A stretch of 64,000 nt of DNA from Octopus sinensis (GCF_006345805.1 NC_043014.1:42346001-42410000); one strand, 5' to 3'. Shown: positions 1 through 10,480, counted from the stretch's first letter. Notes: generated from the letters alone by a model not told the origin. Numbers and translations are program-made.

Positions 1-140
1 ACGGTTCGACCGGGGATCTGGGAAGCCAGAAGGCTGCACCAAGCTCCAGTCTTATCTGGCAATGTTTCTACAGCTGGATGCCCTTCCTAACGCCAACCAC
101 TCCGTGTGTAGTGGGTGCTTTTTACGTGCCACCCGCACGT
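1..140 (-). mobile_element. RTE-LINE-associated 3' tail repeat (fragment)
   Basis: cagctggatgcccttcctaacgccaaccactcc motif, shared with copies at 17.0, 26.9, 28.8, 51.9 and 52.5 kb. Confidence 0.7.
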
Positions 141-220
141 AAAAATATATATAGCAGCATACGTACACTTTGTCCTCTTATATATATAGTGGCGTACGTA
201 CACTTTGTCCTCTTATATAT

Positions 221-432
221 GTGTGTGTGTCTTTGTTTGTCCCTCAACACTGCTTGACAACCAGTGTTGGTATGTTGATATCTCTGTAACTTAGTGGTTC
301 AACAAAAAAGACCAATACAATAAGTAACATGCTCAAAAAAAAAAAACAACAAATAGTACTACGGTCGATTCATTCAACTAAATTTTCAAGGGCAGTGCCC
401 CCAGCATGGCCGCAGTCTAATGACTGACACAA
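221..432 (+). mobile_element. 3' half of tRNA-derived SINE (family A)
   Basis: ttgacaaccagtgttggt...ccagcatggccgcagtctaatgactga tail, same as the intact copy at 23257-23623. Confidence 0.7.
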
Positions 433-957
433 GAAAAAATATTTAAAAAATACATACATATACAAATAAAAACAACGACAGTAGTTTTTTTAAAATTTCT
501 TTGTCTTTATATTTTCAAGAATAAAATTCTTGTCATATTTCTTGATTTTATTATAATTAATATTTTTACTTATTTATTTTTTTTTTTTCAAATCATTTTT
601 GTTTGGTTTCTTCAGACAAGAGATTCTTAAAAGACAAAAGTAAATAGTATCTGTCTATATTCTTTACACAAATAGTCATTTTTGTTTTTTGTTTGTTTGT
701 AATTTTTTTTAAAACTTTACAGCTTTTTTTTTCTTCTTTATCCCCCCCTTCATCTTCCTCTTTCTCGTCATCCAGTTTTTTTTTTTTTTCCTCTTCTTTC
801 TCCTCCCTAACCCCTTCCCCCCCATACTCACAAAAATAAAATAAACACCTTTTACAGAAATGTACAAACACATACATGTGCACACATTTACTATGTTATA
901 ATGTTTATGCATAGCCATAATTCCTTCCCAAAATACGAAGATGACATACGGGCCCTT

Positions 958-1003
<46 letters not shown>

Positions 1004-1619
1004 TATATACATATATATAGCTACAAGTTATAAATATGTGATTTAATGTAGCAATTAAGAATTGTCTTTTGTTTTGTAAGAATATAATCCGAATAAAAGA
1101 AGCAAAGCCGATTGTTTTTTTTTTTTTGCTTCTGTCTGTCTGTCTGTCTCTACAAGACCCCAGCCATCCATCCCTCCATCTCACAGTCATTGAAAGTAAC
1201 GGTACATCACACCTAGTTTATACGTTGCCTTCCCTCTCCCTTTCTCGTTCGATCTCTCTTCTCTCCGATATCTCCAATGAAAAGAACTTTGGCTATCAAA
1301 TGCTGTCCCTTGGGTGGTTAGGAAAAAAAAAAAAAACAACAAAAGAATCAATCAGTCCTGATTTCAAACAAGGAAGTTTTCACAACCTAAAACAGCGACA
1401 GACACAAGACACGATGATGGAACAGGCCTCAGGTTGGTTTCGCTCTGCAAGTCTCACCCGCAGTACAAAAACTGGAGGGAGGAGAAAGCAGTGTGTGGTG
1501 TGTGTGTGTGTTGACAGAACTGGAAAGGTGATAATGGTAGGAACAATGTATTCCCTCTCTCTCTCTCTCTCTCTCTCTTTCGAAGAGGCACAAGCACCTA
1601 CACGCACATATACATACAT

Positions 1620-2120
1620 GGCAGTAACTTCCGCCTGCCGAATTCAATCACAAAGCTTCGGTTGGCTCGGGGCTATAGCAGAAGACACTTGCCCAAGGTG
1701 CCACGCGGTGGGTCTGAACCCGAAACCATATAGCTAAGAAGAAGCAAGCTCCCTAACCACACAGCCATGCCCGCGCCCAATACGACGGGCTTCTTTTAGT
1801 TTCCGTCTACCAAATACACTCACAAGGCTTTGGTCGGCCCGAGGCTATAGTAGAAGACACTTGCCGAAGGTGCCACGCGGTGGGTCTGAACCCGAAACCA
1901 TATAGCTAGGAAGAAGCAAGCTCCCTAACCACACATCCATGCCCGCGCCTAATACGACGGGCTTCTTTTAGTTTCCGTCTACCAAATACACTCACATGGC
2001 TTTGGTCGGCCCGAGGCTATAGTAGAAGACACTTGCCGAAGGTGCCACGCGGTGGGTCTGAACCCGAAACCATATAGCTAGGAAGCAAGCTCCCTAACCA
2101 CACAGCCATGCCCGCGCCTA
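1620..2120 (-). mobile_element. Three tandem SINE family A heads (about 175-bp unit)
   Basis: Three repeats of ggctatag..agaagacacttgcc.aaggtgccacgcggtgggtctgaacccgaaacc..ctaaccacaca.ccatgcccgcgcc. The minus strand shows A-box-like TGGCTGTGTGG and B-box-like GGTTCAGACCC. Confidence 0.8.
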
Positions 2121-2490
2121 CAAAAATGTATGCACATATACGCAGCGCTATGCGTGTGGCAAGCTTTCTACGGCCGGATGCCCTTCCTGGCGCCGCTCAT
2201 ATTACAAAGCTTAATACAATCGGTTTTTCACAAATATGTTCTTCCATACACACACAAAAATTAGCTAGACTTGTGTATTTATTTATTGATTTATTGATTT
2301 ATTGATTTATGTGTGCATGTACAAAATCACAGACATACAGAAACGATATCTCGTCTTCACATATACGTAAAGTACAAGTACAATTTCAAAACTCAGCGGG
2401 TCACCACTTGAAGACCTCATGTAGTGAATCAAGAGAGGAAACACTGTAGTTGCTTTTCTGTTGCCTTCTGCGGGGCTCAAGGGAGGATTT

Positions 2491-3035
2491 GAGCTCAGTA
2501 TTGCATGAATGAAAAACCCTCATTCTTTATATATAGAGTGCTCGTGCTGCATAGAGCAGTGAACTGCAACTCTCCCAATGGTACCTTAGATACAGCCAGA
2601 CAGACTGAGCCATAAAGAATTCAGTGCTTGAGCTCAGTATTGCATGAATGAAAAACCCTCATTCTTTATAGAGTGCTCGTGATGCATAGAGCAGTGAACT
2701 GCAACTTCCTGATGGTACCTTAGATACAGCCAGACAGACTGAGCCATAAAGAATTCAGTGCTTGAGCTCAGTATTGCATGAATGAAACCCTCATTCTTTA
2801 TAGAGTGCTTGTGCTGCACGGAGCAGTGAACTGCAACTCTCCCGATGGTACCTTAGATACAGCCAGACAGACTGAGCCATAAAGAATTCAGTGCTTGAGC
2901 TCAGTATTGCATGAATGAAAAACCCTCATTCTTTATATATAGAGTGCTCGTGCTGCACAGAGCAGTGAACTGCAACTTCCCGATGGTACCTTAGATACAG
3001 CTAGGCAGACTGAGCCATAAAGGATTCAGTGCTTG
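2491..3035. repeat. Minisatellite, 4 x 133-139 bp
   Basis: Unit starts gagctcagtattgcatgaatg at 2491, 2630, 2764 and 2897; copies are near identical. Confidence 0.92.
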
Positions 3036-3845
3036 TATAAGGGACTCAGTGCACCACCACTGGTGATTTAATTGTCGACCTTGCGCACTCAACGAACTCG
3101 GCTAGCTGTGCTTTCTTGACTGTGTGTACAAAAACACACACGGGTAAAATTCTTGGAAAAATTAAACTATTTTTGATCAAGTTTTCAAAGCACTTTTGCA
3201 TTCAAAAATTATTTGAATTAAAAACTTATAACAAGAACATGTGTTGTATGTGTGTGTGTGTGTGCATGTAAGAGCATGTATGTGTTTGTGCATGTATGAG
3301 CATGTGTGCAGGCATATTTGGGTGGAATGGGGGGAGGGAAGATCAAAAGACAAACACAATTTTATGTTTTGACTTTATTTTTTTTTTTTTTTATGCCATC
3401 ACTTCATCTTCATTATCTTACAAAGGACTGACTTTAAGTATTATACTTTCTGCAAAAACTGTCTCTTTCACGCACGCACACATACTTTCTCACTCTCCTT
3501 CTCTCTCTCATTCTTGCTCTTCTTCTCACCTTCCGTCCCTCTCTTTGCTTCTTTTCCGTCTTTCCATCAATACTTATAGACAGGTTGGCTCCTGAGGGAA
3601 GCTACCTGGAACTCAGACACTTTCTATTTTGGCAAATGGCTTCCTTTGAAGATCAAGCATCAAAGAGGAAAAAAAAAAAAAAAAAATTCAAAAAAAAAAA
3701 AAAATCCAAATGGGGGGGAAAGGGAAGGAAAAGTAAACATTATTTTTTTTCCTTTATTATAAATAGCAATAGTTTTTGTTTCTTTGTTTATTTTTTTTCT
3801 TTTATTTTAAATTTTCTCTTTTTTGTAATTGTTCAGAAGGTCAGG

Positions 3846-6800
3846 TCATGATTCTCGGAGAATTTGGAGACCAACTCTTACGTATTCCACATATTGAAAA
3901 ATACTGCTTTGCAATGAGATGTATTTACATCTAGTGTGCAGGAGATCAATAAAGTCTTTGCAATTTTCTTTCTGAATTTCAGCCTGTTCCCAGTAATTGT
4001 GAGTCTTCACAATATAATCTAATATTTCTATGTAGTTCTGTGTGATGGAATGAATTCTTTTAGGAATAGTAACAGTCTGTGACGAGGAGGGCAGAGCCGA
4101 GCCCGTAAGGCCCGTAGAGTTTGGGTTGGAGGAAGAAGAGGATGAAGTAGAATTGTTAGAGATGTGGGAGGAGGAGGAGTGTGATGTCGCTGAGACAGCG
4201 TTTGACGATGAAGCTGAAGGCGTTAGTCTTGCATCCGAGGCGTTACTTCCCTGTGAACGTATTGAGTCAATGCTGCCTGATGGTGAAGGGGTCGATCGTG
4301 ATGAAGGCGTGGAAGTGTTCCAGTTGGGCCGATGCGGGGATGGGGTGTGAGATGGCAAGGAAGTGCTGCTGGTCTGCTTGTTGTATTCGTCGATGGCCTG
4401 CTTGAGGTTGTCGGCGACCTTTTTCTTCATGTCGTAGAGCTTTTTGCAGACGCGGGACATCAACAGCAAGCGCAACAGCGAGATTTTCTGTTCGTGAGGG
4501 TACTGGTGGTAGTGTCCGATTTGATTGAGGAAATCGAAAATCTCACCAAACATGCGGAAACATCGCTGCTCTTGGTCTTTCTCTAACGCTATACCGCACT
4601 GTACGTAGGACACCACGGCGTTCATGTACAAGAAAGATTTCTCAAAGATGTCGGTTAATTTGTTTCCTTCGTGTTTCATACGTTTGGCTTCTTGGAAAAA
4701 GTGGTCAGCAGCCTTGTCCTTCCCTTTATGGCTGCTGCTGCCACCTTCACTGCCGCCGTGGTGGTTAGAACCACTGCTCTTGTATAACGGCCGGTTACGT
4801 AGGCTATTTGAACTGTTGCTGTGGCTAGGGGTGACTGGGATTGTACTAATAGCAGAAGTCGAGGGCTGGTGGTGGTCAGATGTGTTGCTCGACGTCGACC
4901 CCTTCGGAGACAACAAGGTAGAAGAGGAGTTAGACTGCCTCGACGGAGACGGTGTCGCAACCGATTTCCCAGTGTCTTTGGAATTATCCGATGAGCTTTT
5001 TGATGTCAAATTTGCCTGGGTCGCTGTCTTGAGTTTTTTGCTGCTGGACGAGTTTGTTAAAGCATTGACGGTCTGATTATTACCATTGCTGTTGTTATGC
5101 TTCTTAACATTATCGTTATCGACACGGTCGTTGTGATCACTGTCATCACGCTCACTATCACTGTCGCTGTCATCACCATTGTCGTCGATATCGTCATCAC
5201 CGTTGTTGTTGATGTTGCTGTTGTTGTTATTGCTATTACTACTACTAGTACTACAACCACTGCTATTACATTCAGATGGAGACACAGGTTGCATAACACT
5301 GTCCTTCTCTTTGTCATGGCATGGTTGTTTGGTATCGTCTATGGAAGAAGAAATCTGTTTGTCTTTATCGGAAACTCTGGTTTTGCTGGTAGCAGTTGAA
5401 GACTCAGTCGAAGGAGAGCTGTGGTTATGGTCGCTGTTGACCAAAGACAAACTTTTCACAGATTCATTCTTGGGAATAGTTGGCAACAGGTTGTCTTCGT
5501 TCTTTGAAATTTGTCCCTCGGTTTTGATCATTTTCGGACTGGGTCGACTGATGTCGTAGCTCTCGGAGTCGAGAGTTCTCTTTGGGATCCGGAATTTGAA
5601 ATCAGATTTTTCTGTTTTGCAAGGTGTACTCTCAGTCAGCACAGGTGTCGTTGTAGTCTGCGTCATGACAAAACTTTCGGAGTTCGCATTGGGTTCACTT
5701 GCTTTAACTGAAGGAGAAACATTACCGTTCTGCATTTCAGGCTTGACTGCAGCTTCCTCGACGCTGTTTTCTGTTTTAACTTCTTGTAATAACGGCAGGT
5801 CTTTTAAGTATTTTGCAGGGATGAAATGCAGAAGATCTGTATTGATTTTGATGGTCAAAGTGCGTTTCTGGCAACAATTAGATTCAGTATTATTTGGTGT
5901 TCTTGGACTTTTGTCTCGCTTTATCCAGGGTTGCTTGTTTTCAGACTGTTTCTCAACAGACTCTTGGGACTGTATTTTACTTGACCACGTGTTCGGGACT
6001 GTTTCAGATTTGATGGTATCCAAGTGCTCGGCGGGCTGGGACGGTTCATTTGTGAGTTTGCGGCGTTTAACATTTGGAATGGAGGACAGCAAATTGGTAT
6101 TAATACAAATGGGAAGTGAAATTTTACGCTTCAGTTTTCTATGAACTAATAATGTAGGTGATGCAGACATCGGGGAAGATACAGGAGACGGAAACTCTTG
6201 GATGTCTTTGCCGGGAGGCCACGTCGAGAGATTTGTCACAGATTTAGTGTTGGCCTGCAAACTGTTTTCCTTTGATGAGATGTCCTCAGTAAATGATGGG
6301 GCACTGGGAACATCTTGTTTGTGGCAGCTACTAGGTGGTTCTTCGTTATCACTTGGTATTAATGATGTTTTCTCCTCTGCAGATGACTTTTCACTGTTGC
6401 TGTCATCATCGGATTCACAATGACTGTTCGCTTCAGTGATTGGACTGCTGTTCTCATTGCAGCTGCTGCTACCACTACTGCTACTACTACTACCGCTACT
6501 ACTACTGCTGCTGCTGCTATTATTTCTGCTTCTTTGGCTTGCACTGACATTACTTCCAGTATGGCTAGAGACGGATACAATTTCCTCGGCTTCCTTGGGG
6601 ACATGATTCGCTTTGTTGCCACTGTTTGGCAACGAAAAGAATGCTCGGAGACACCAGCGCGGTGTTTTTTGAACACTTGCAGAATCGCACTGTTCCACAT
6701 CATTGACCGCGTCCACTGAGTCGAGCTGCTTTGAATGATCATCTTTATCTTCGTCTTCTTCCTCTTCATCGTTATCGTCATCGTCATCCGATGCACTAGA

Positions 6801-9584
6801 TGCTTTTTCCGAGACGTTTGACTCATCGTCAGAGGTGTCCGAGTCACTAGTTGAACTTGAAGAGACCACATCCGGTTTCTGATGCTTGACCGCTGGGCCT
6901 ATTCTATCCAGCTCGTTGCTTTCTTCAACATCACTTTGATCATCATCTTCGTCATCATCTCCATCCTCCTCCTCTTCGTCGTCAGCATCATTATCATTTT
7001 TCTTAGCAAACTGGCCCGATCCTTTCCTAGCTGGTGTTGAGTAAACTAACGGTGTGTTATTACAGACAGTATTAGATTCTGTCACTGCTGAGTTGTTGAC
7101 AGTCAATGTACTGGACTTTGTTTTACCTACAACTCCATCGCTCTCAGAATCACTTTCACTTGTCGGATGTTCACTGAAAATATCAAAGCCTACTGACTCC
7201 TTTCTGGTTTCCACTGCACCGATATCCATGGAATGATGTAGGCGTGAGATAGGACTGGACGGTGATGACTTTGAGGGAGTAAACACGGGGGGGAATTCTT
7301 TGGTAGACTCGAGTGCTTCACTGTCTGAATCACTCATCTGAAGATCTTGGGAAAGATCTTCTTGACTCTGTAAGGAACATTTCACAGCATTTAAGGGGAA
7401 GACAGGCATAGCTGTTGGAGAAGTTGATTCAAGTGGACTTGTCTTTAATGGTTGGTTCTCGCCTACAGAATCTGTGTTTTGATGGTTTTTAATTTCTGCA
7501 GCAGCCAGGGTCATGTGTTTAGATTCTTTGAGGATGCTGGCATCTGCTTGGTTATTGGTGTTCTCATCAGATGAACAACTGTGGACTGGTTTATCATTAG
7601 GGGGTTGTGTTGCATCCTCTTCATTATCAAAGGAATCACTGTCACTGTCAGAGAGCCCAAAAGTCTTTTGGGAAGGTGAATGGGAATTCTTGAAAGACCG
7701 AGCGAATGGATTTTCTGACATTTTCTCCGGTGTAGAAATGGCCGTTACTGGAGACTCGGGACAGGTCATCTCAGCTAAGATTTTATCCAGGTCATTTTTC
7801 TCTTCTTTGAGATCAGACAGCACTGGCGATGCGTTTAAATTCTGCTTTTGGTAACGGTGGTGAGTTAAAGATGGTGAAATAGCTTTTAACTTTGTTTGAT
7901 GTACAGGTGTTGAAGGTTTCTGATGTTTTAATTCGGACAGCAGATGTTTCTGGCTTTGCCCCATCGGTGAAAGGAAGCGGCTCTCCTCAAACAGGTTTTC
8001 TTTCACACTCGGTGTTTTTATACCCGTTATTTTCTCTGGCTGACACATTTCTTTCATAATTTTCTCAATCTGTAGGGGCGGGTTATCTGATTCGCTGTCA
8101 TCAAGATCACTGGAGACTTTTGCTGGATTTGAGCCGATAATTTTGACCTTTAGAGAGTTTGATAAGCCTTTGTTCAGATGTGTCGGCATGAATGGTTTGC
8201 TTGAAACGGTATTCGTTGCAATGTATGCAGGTGACAATGATGATGGCAACGAGGTGTGGTGGTTCTCTCGAGAACCATCCATATTGAGAGAAGGAGGGGG
8301 CGGTGTGGAAGCAATAGCAGAAGGTGCTGCTGGTCCCTTTGATGGCTGTTGTAGTTGAAGGTGAGGCTGTTGTTGTTGAGACTGTAATAATGGGGGACCC
8401 TGTTGTTGAGACTGTACACTGGGTGTTAGAGAGGGCATAGGGGATCTTGACTTGGTTTTGGTCAAATGATGTGAAATTCCTTTCTCAGCAGAATATGACT
8501 TCTCCCTACCACTGTTATTGGAGAGGCTTTTCTCACTGGTATCAACATTACTAGAAAGTTCTTTGCTTTCATTGTGTGTCTTATCACTATACTGTTTGTG
8601 GTCAGCATGGGCCTTGTCAGCACTACTATGAAACTTGTCCACTTGCAAAGATTTCTCACCCCCAGAATGGTACTTGTCACGATAATATTTCTCACTATTA
8701 CTGCCATGTGATGAGCTTTTGTCACTTAAAGAAGATAGGGGCCGATTGGGTTTCAAGTGTGCATTGCCAGAGTTGGTAGTTACATTAGGATAAGGGGGGT
8801 GCTTACTGAGTTGTGTGGATGATGACGAGGAGGACGAAGAGTATACTTTGTTATTGGGGTTGGTGAAAGAATTTTGTGAAGAATATGAGTGTTTTTTAGG
8901 ATGGAAGTCCTTGTCAGGTCCATGCTTCTCGGACAACATTCTTGATGAAGTAGACAATCGAGAATTCTGAGAGGTCCGGCTTCGATAGTTGTTGTCTATC
9001 GAGTTTTGTCCGTGACCACCGTCTTTCGACATTGAATGAGAGTTCTGAGAATTACGACTATAAGCACCGTCTGGAGGTGTTTCAAGGAGTCCTTGTCTAG
9101 AACCATCCTGGTGCCCATGGCCATGGCCAAGGTAGGAAGCAGAACTATTACCACTGCCATTGTTGCTTCCGCTGCAACGCCCGTGACTAGATGCATCTTG
9201 ACCCCGAGGGGTATCATCTTTCCCTATCATCCCCTTGGAACTAGCCTGAGGACGCATTTTGTAGCCATTACATCGCAATTTCGAAGTTTTGGCTTGGTGG
9301 TTGGTGTCTCTTGCAGAGCGGGTCTGTTTGTCAATGCCGATCATGTGACCTGGTTGCTTGGACATTTCTTCGACGACCTCGTCGTAGTTTCCAAGTACTT
9401 TGCTGATAGTCTGGTGCATAACAGAATGGTTTTTAGGGTTGGAAGAAACACGTACAGGCTCGCTGAACAGCATTGTGTTGGTTTTAGGGGTCGGTGCGGT
9501 TCGTGATTGGATCGCCTGCATGACTTGGGCCTCCCTGGCTTTCTTAGCTTCTTCTTTCATTAATTCTTTATTATAACTGATCAT
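3846..9584 (-). CDS. lilli: AF4/FMR2 family member (AFF / lilliputian-like), super elongation complex scaffold, 1912 aa, single coding exon
   Basis: N-terminus LFSEPVRV...ISKVLGNYDEV matches the AFF P-TEFb/cyclin T-binding segment (LFxEPxK...IQxMLGNYxE). C-terminus ADHFFQEAKRMKHEGNKL..FEKSFLYMNAVVSYVQCGIALE...VTIPKRIH...YWEQAE...YVRVGLQILR matches the AFF C-terminal homology domain. The middle is Ser/Asp/Pro-rich and low complexity. The start codon lies in ACCATGA context with an in-frame TGA two codons upstream. Confidence 0.93.
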   Translation of the reverse strand: MISYNKELMKEEAKKAREAQVMQAIQSRTAPTPKTNTMLFSEPVRVSSNPKNHSVMHQTISKVLGNYDEVVEEMSKQPGHMIGIDKQTRSARDTNHQAKTSKLRCNGYKMRPQASSKGMIGKDDTPRGQDASSHGRCSGSNNGSGNSSASYLGHGHGHQDGSRQGLLETPPDGAYSRNSQNSHSMSKDGGHGQNSIDNNYRSRTSQNSRLSTSSRMLSEKHGPDKDFHPKKHSYSSQNSFTNPNNKVYSSSSSSSSTQLSKHPPYPNVTTNSGNAHLKPNRPLSSLSDKSSSHGSNSEKYYRDKYHSGGEKSLQVDKFHSSADKAHADHKQYSDKTHNESKELSSNVDTSEKSLSNNSGREKSYSAEKGISHHLTKTKSRSPMPSLTPSVQSQQQGPPLLQSQQQQPHLQLQQPSKGPAAPSAIASTPPPPSLNMDGSRENHHTSLPSSLSPAYIATNTVSSKPFMPTHLNKGLSNSLKVKIIGSNPAKVSSDLDDSESDNPPLQIEKIMKEMCQPEKITGIKTPSVKENLFEESRFLSPMGQSQKHLLSELKHQKPSTPVHQTKLKAISPSLTHHRYQKQNLNASPVLSDLKEEKNDLDKILAEMTCPESPVTAISTPEKMSENPFARSFKNSHSPSQKTFGLSDSDSDSFDNEEDATQPPNDKPVHSCSSDENTNNQADASILKESKHMTLAAAEIKNHQNTDSVGENQPLKTSPLESTSPTAMPVFPLNAVKCSLQSQEDLSQDLQMSDSDSEALESTKEFPPVFTPSKSSPSSPISRLHHSMDIGAVETRKESVGFDIFSEHPTSESDSESDGVVGKTKSSTLTVNNSAVTESNTVCNNTPLVYSTPARKGSGQFAKKNDNDADDEEEEDGDDDEDDDQSDVEESNELDRIGPAVKHQKPDVVSSSSTSDSDTSDDESNVSEKASSASDDDDDNDEEEEDEDKDDHSKQLDSVDAVNDVEQCDSASVQKTPRWCLRAFFSLPNSGNKANHVPKEAEEIVSVSSHTGSNVSASQRSRNNSSSSSSSSGSSSSSSGSSSCNENSSPITEANSHCESDDDSNSEKSSAEEKTSLIPSDNEEPPSSCHKQDVPSAPSFTEDISSKENSLQANTKSVTNLSTWPPGKDIQEFPSPVSSPMSASPTLLVHRKLKRKISLPICINTNLLSSIPNVKRRKLTNEPSQPAEHLDTIKSETVPNTWSSKIQSQESVEKQSENKQPWIKRDKSPRTPNNTESNCCQKRTLTIKINTDLLHFIPAKYLKDLPLLQEVKTENSVEEAAVKPEMQNGNVSPSVKASEPNANSESFVMTQTTTTPVLTESTPCKTEKSDFKFRIPKRTLDSESYDISRPSPKMIKTEGQISKNEDNLLPTIPKNESVKSLSLVNSDHNHSSPSTESSTATSKTRVSDKDKQISSSIDDTKQPCHDKEKDSVMQPVSPSECNSSGCSTSSSNSNNNNSNINNNGDDDIDDNGDDSDSDSERDDSDHNDRVDNDNVKKHNNSNGNNQTVNALTNSSSSKKLKTATQANLTSKSSSDNSKDTGKSVATPSPSRQSNSSSTLLSPKGSTSSNTSDHHQPSTSAISTIPVTPSHSNSSNSLRNRPLYKSSGSNHHGGSEGGSSSHKGKDKAADHFFQEAKRMKHEGNKLTDIFEKSFLYMNAVVSYVQCGIALEKDQEQRCFRMFGEIFDFLNQIGHYHQYPHEQKISLLRLLLMSRVCKKLYDMKKKVADNLKQAIDEYNKQTSSTSLPSHTPSPHRPNWNTSTPSSRSTPSPSGSIDSIRSQGSNASDARLTPSASSSNAVSATSHSSSSHISNNSTSSSSSSNPNSTGLTGSALPSSSQTVTIPKRIHSITQNYIEILDYIVKTHNYWEQAEIQKENCKDFIDLLHTRCKYISLQSSIFQYVEYVRVGLQILRES

Positions 9585-9973
9585 GGTTCAGCTGATGGTG
9601 ATAACTACGGCGTACCAATATTACGGTAGTTTCCAGAATGAACAAAACAATTCAGTGACTGATGTGTATGGATTTTGCTTATGTTATTCTTTTCTGTTTT
9701 CAAGAGTGTGCATAGATATGAATAACAATTTTTTGTATATGTGGTTACAGGATTGAAAACTCGATCTGAGAATAGGTCATTGTATTGTGAACATGTGTGT
9801 GCATGCATGCATGTATGTATATGTGTGTGTGTGGTGGGGAGGGGAATGTTCGTTAAACAATGGAAAAAATAATCAGATAAAAAAACTTGGTGACTGGTCG
9901 TGTGTTCCACAAAACATTGTGAAAGGACCCAGAATCCGGCACTGGTGATGCTACTATCACCCAAATGACTTAC

Positions 9974-10156
9974 ATGGTGAAAGGCTTTTTTTTCGGATTA
10001 CAGTTCAGAGAAGTCCATAAACATTTGTAAAATTCCAGATTCCATTGAATGGGAAAAGGAGCTTCTTGAAGGAAACATAATCCAGAATATGGTGACAGAA
10101 GCAATTGCAGATGTTTCACTGATATCCGATATCAGCAGATCTTTTCTATTTGAAAT
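9974..10156 (-). other. Candidate non-coding 5' UTR exon of the AFF/lilli gene
   Basis: Minus strand: long pyrimidine tract tcttattttattttttatttttcctcttttgcAG (AG at 10158-10157) and donor GTAAGT (9973-9968). A possible next acceptor ctattctcAG at 9767-9766 would open the coding exon. Confidence 0.45.
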
Positions 10157-10250
10157 CTGCAAAAGAGGAAAAATAAAAAATAAAATAAGATGTAGGGAAA
10201 ACAAATTAAGGATCAAATAAAATATTTTGAAGAATCAACAAACAAATTGT

Positions 10251-10480
10251 TTAACCCTTTAGCATTTAAACCGGCCATATCCGGCCAAAAGTATTCTGCC
10301 CGTTTTATGTTCAAACTGACCAGATCTGGTCTCTCACACCAACCCTACAATATCATTCTAGAAATTAACAGCTACCTCATTAAAATCTCATAGCTATAAG
10401 ATAATGCATGATTAGTTCAAAACAATGTGGATAAAAAAAGCATTAATTTTGGCAGAATAATGCGAACACTAAAGGGTTAA
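10251..10480. mobile_element. piggyBac-like MITE
   Basis: TTAA|CCCTTTAG ... CTAAAGGG|TTAA: inverted termini flanked by TTAA; a second copy at 24671. Confidence 0.85.

Noticed and set aside
1069-1737. 222-aa plus-strand ORF
   Set aside because: It starts at a non-ATG codon, runs through microsatellites and a SINE, and has no domain; probably antisense to the 3' UTR region.
4126-9506. Many 60-180-aa ORFs overlapping the large CDS on the opposite strand or in other frames
   Set aside because: These are shadow ORFs of low-complexity coding sequence with no recognisable motifs.
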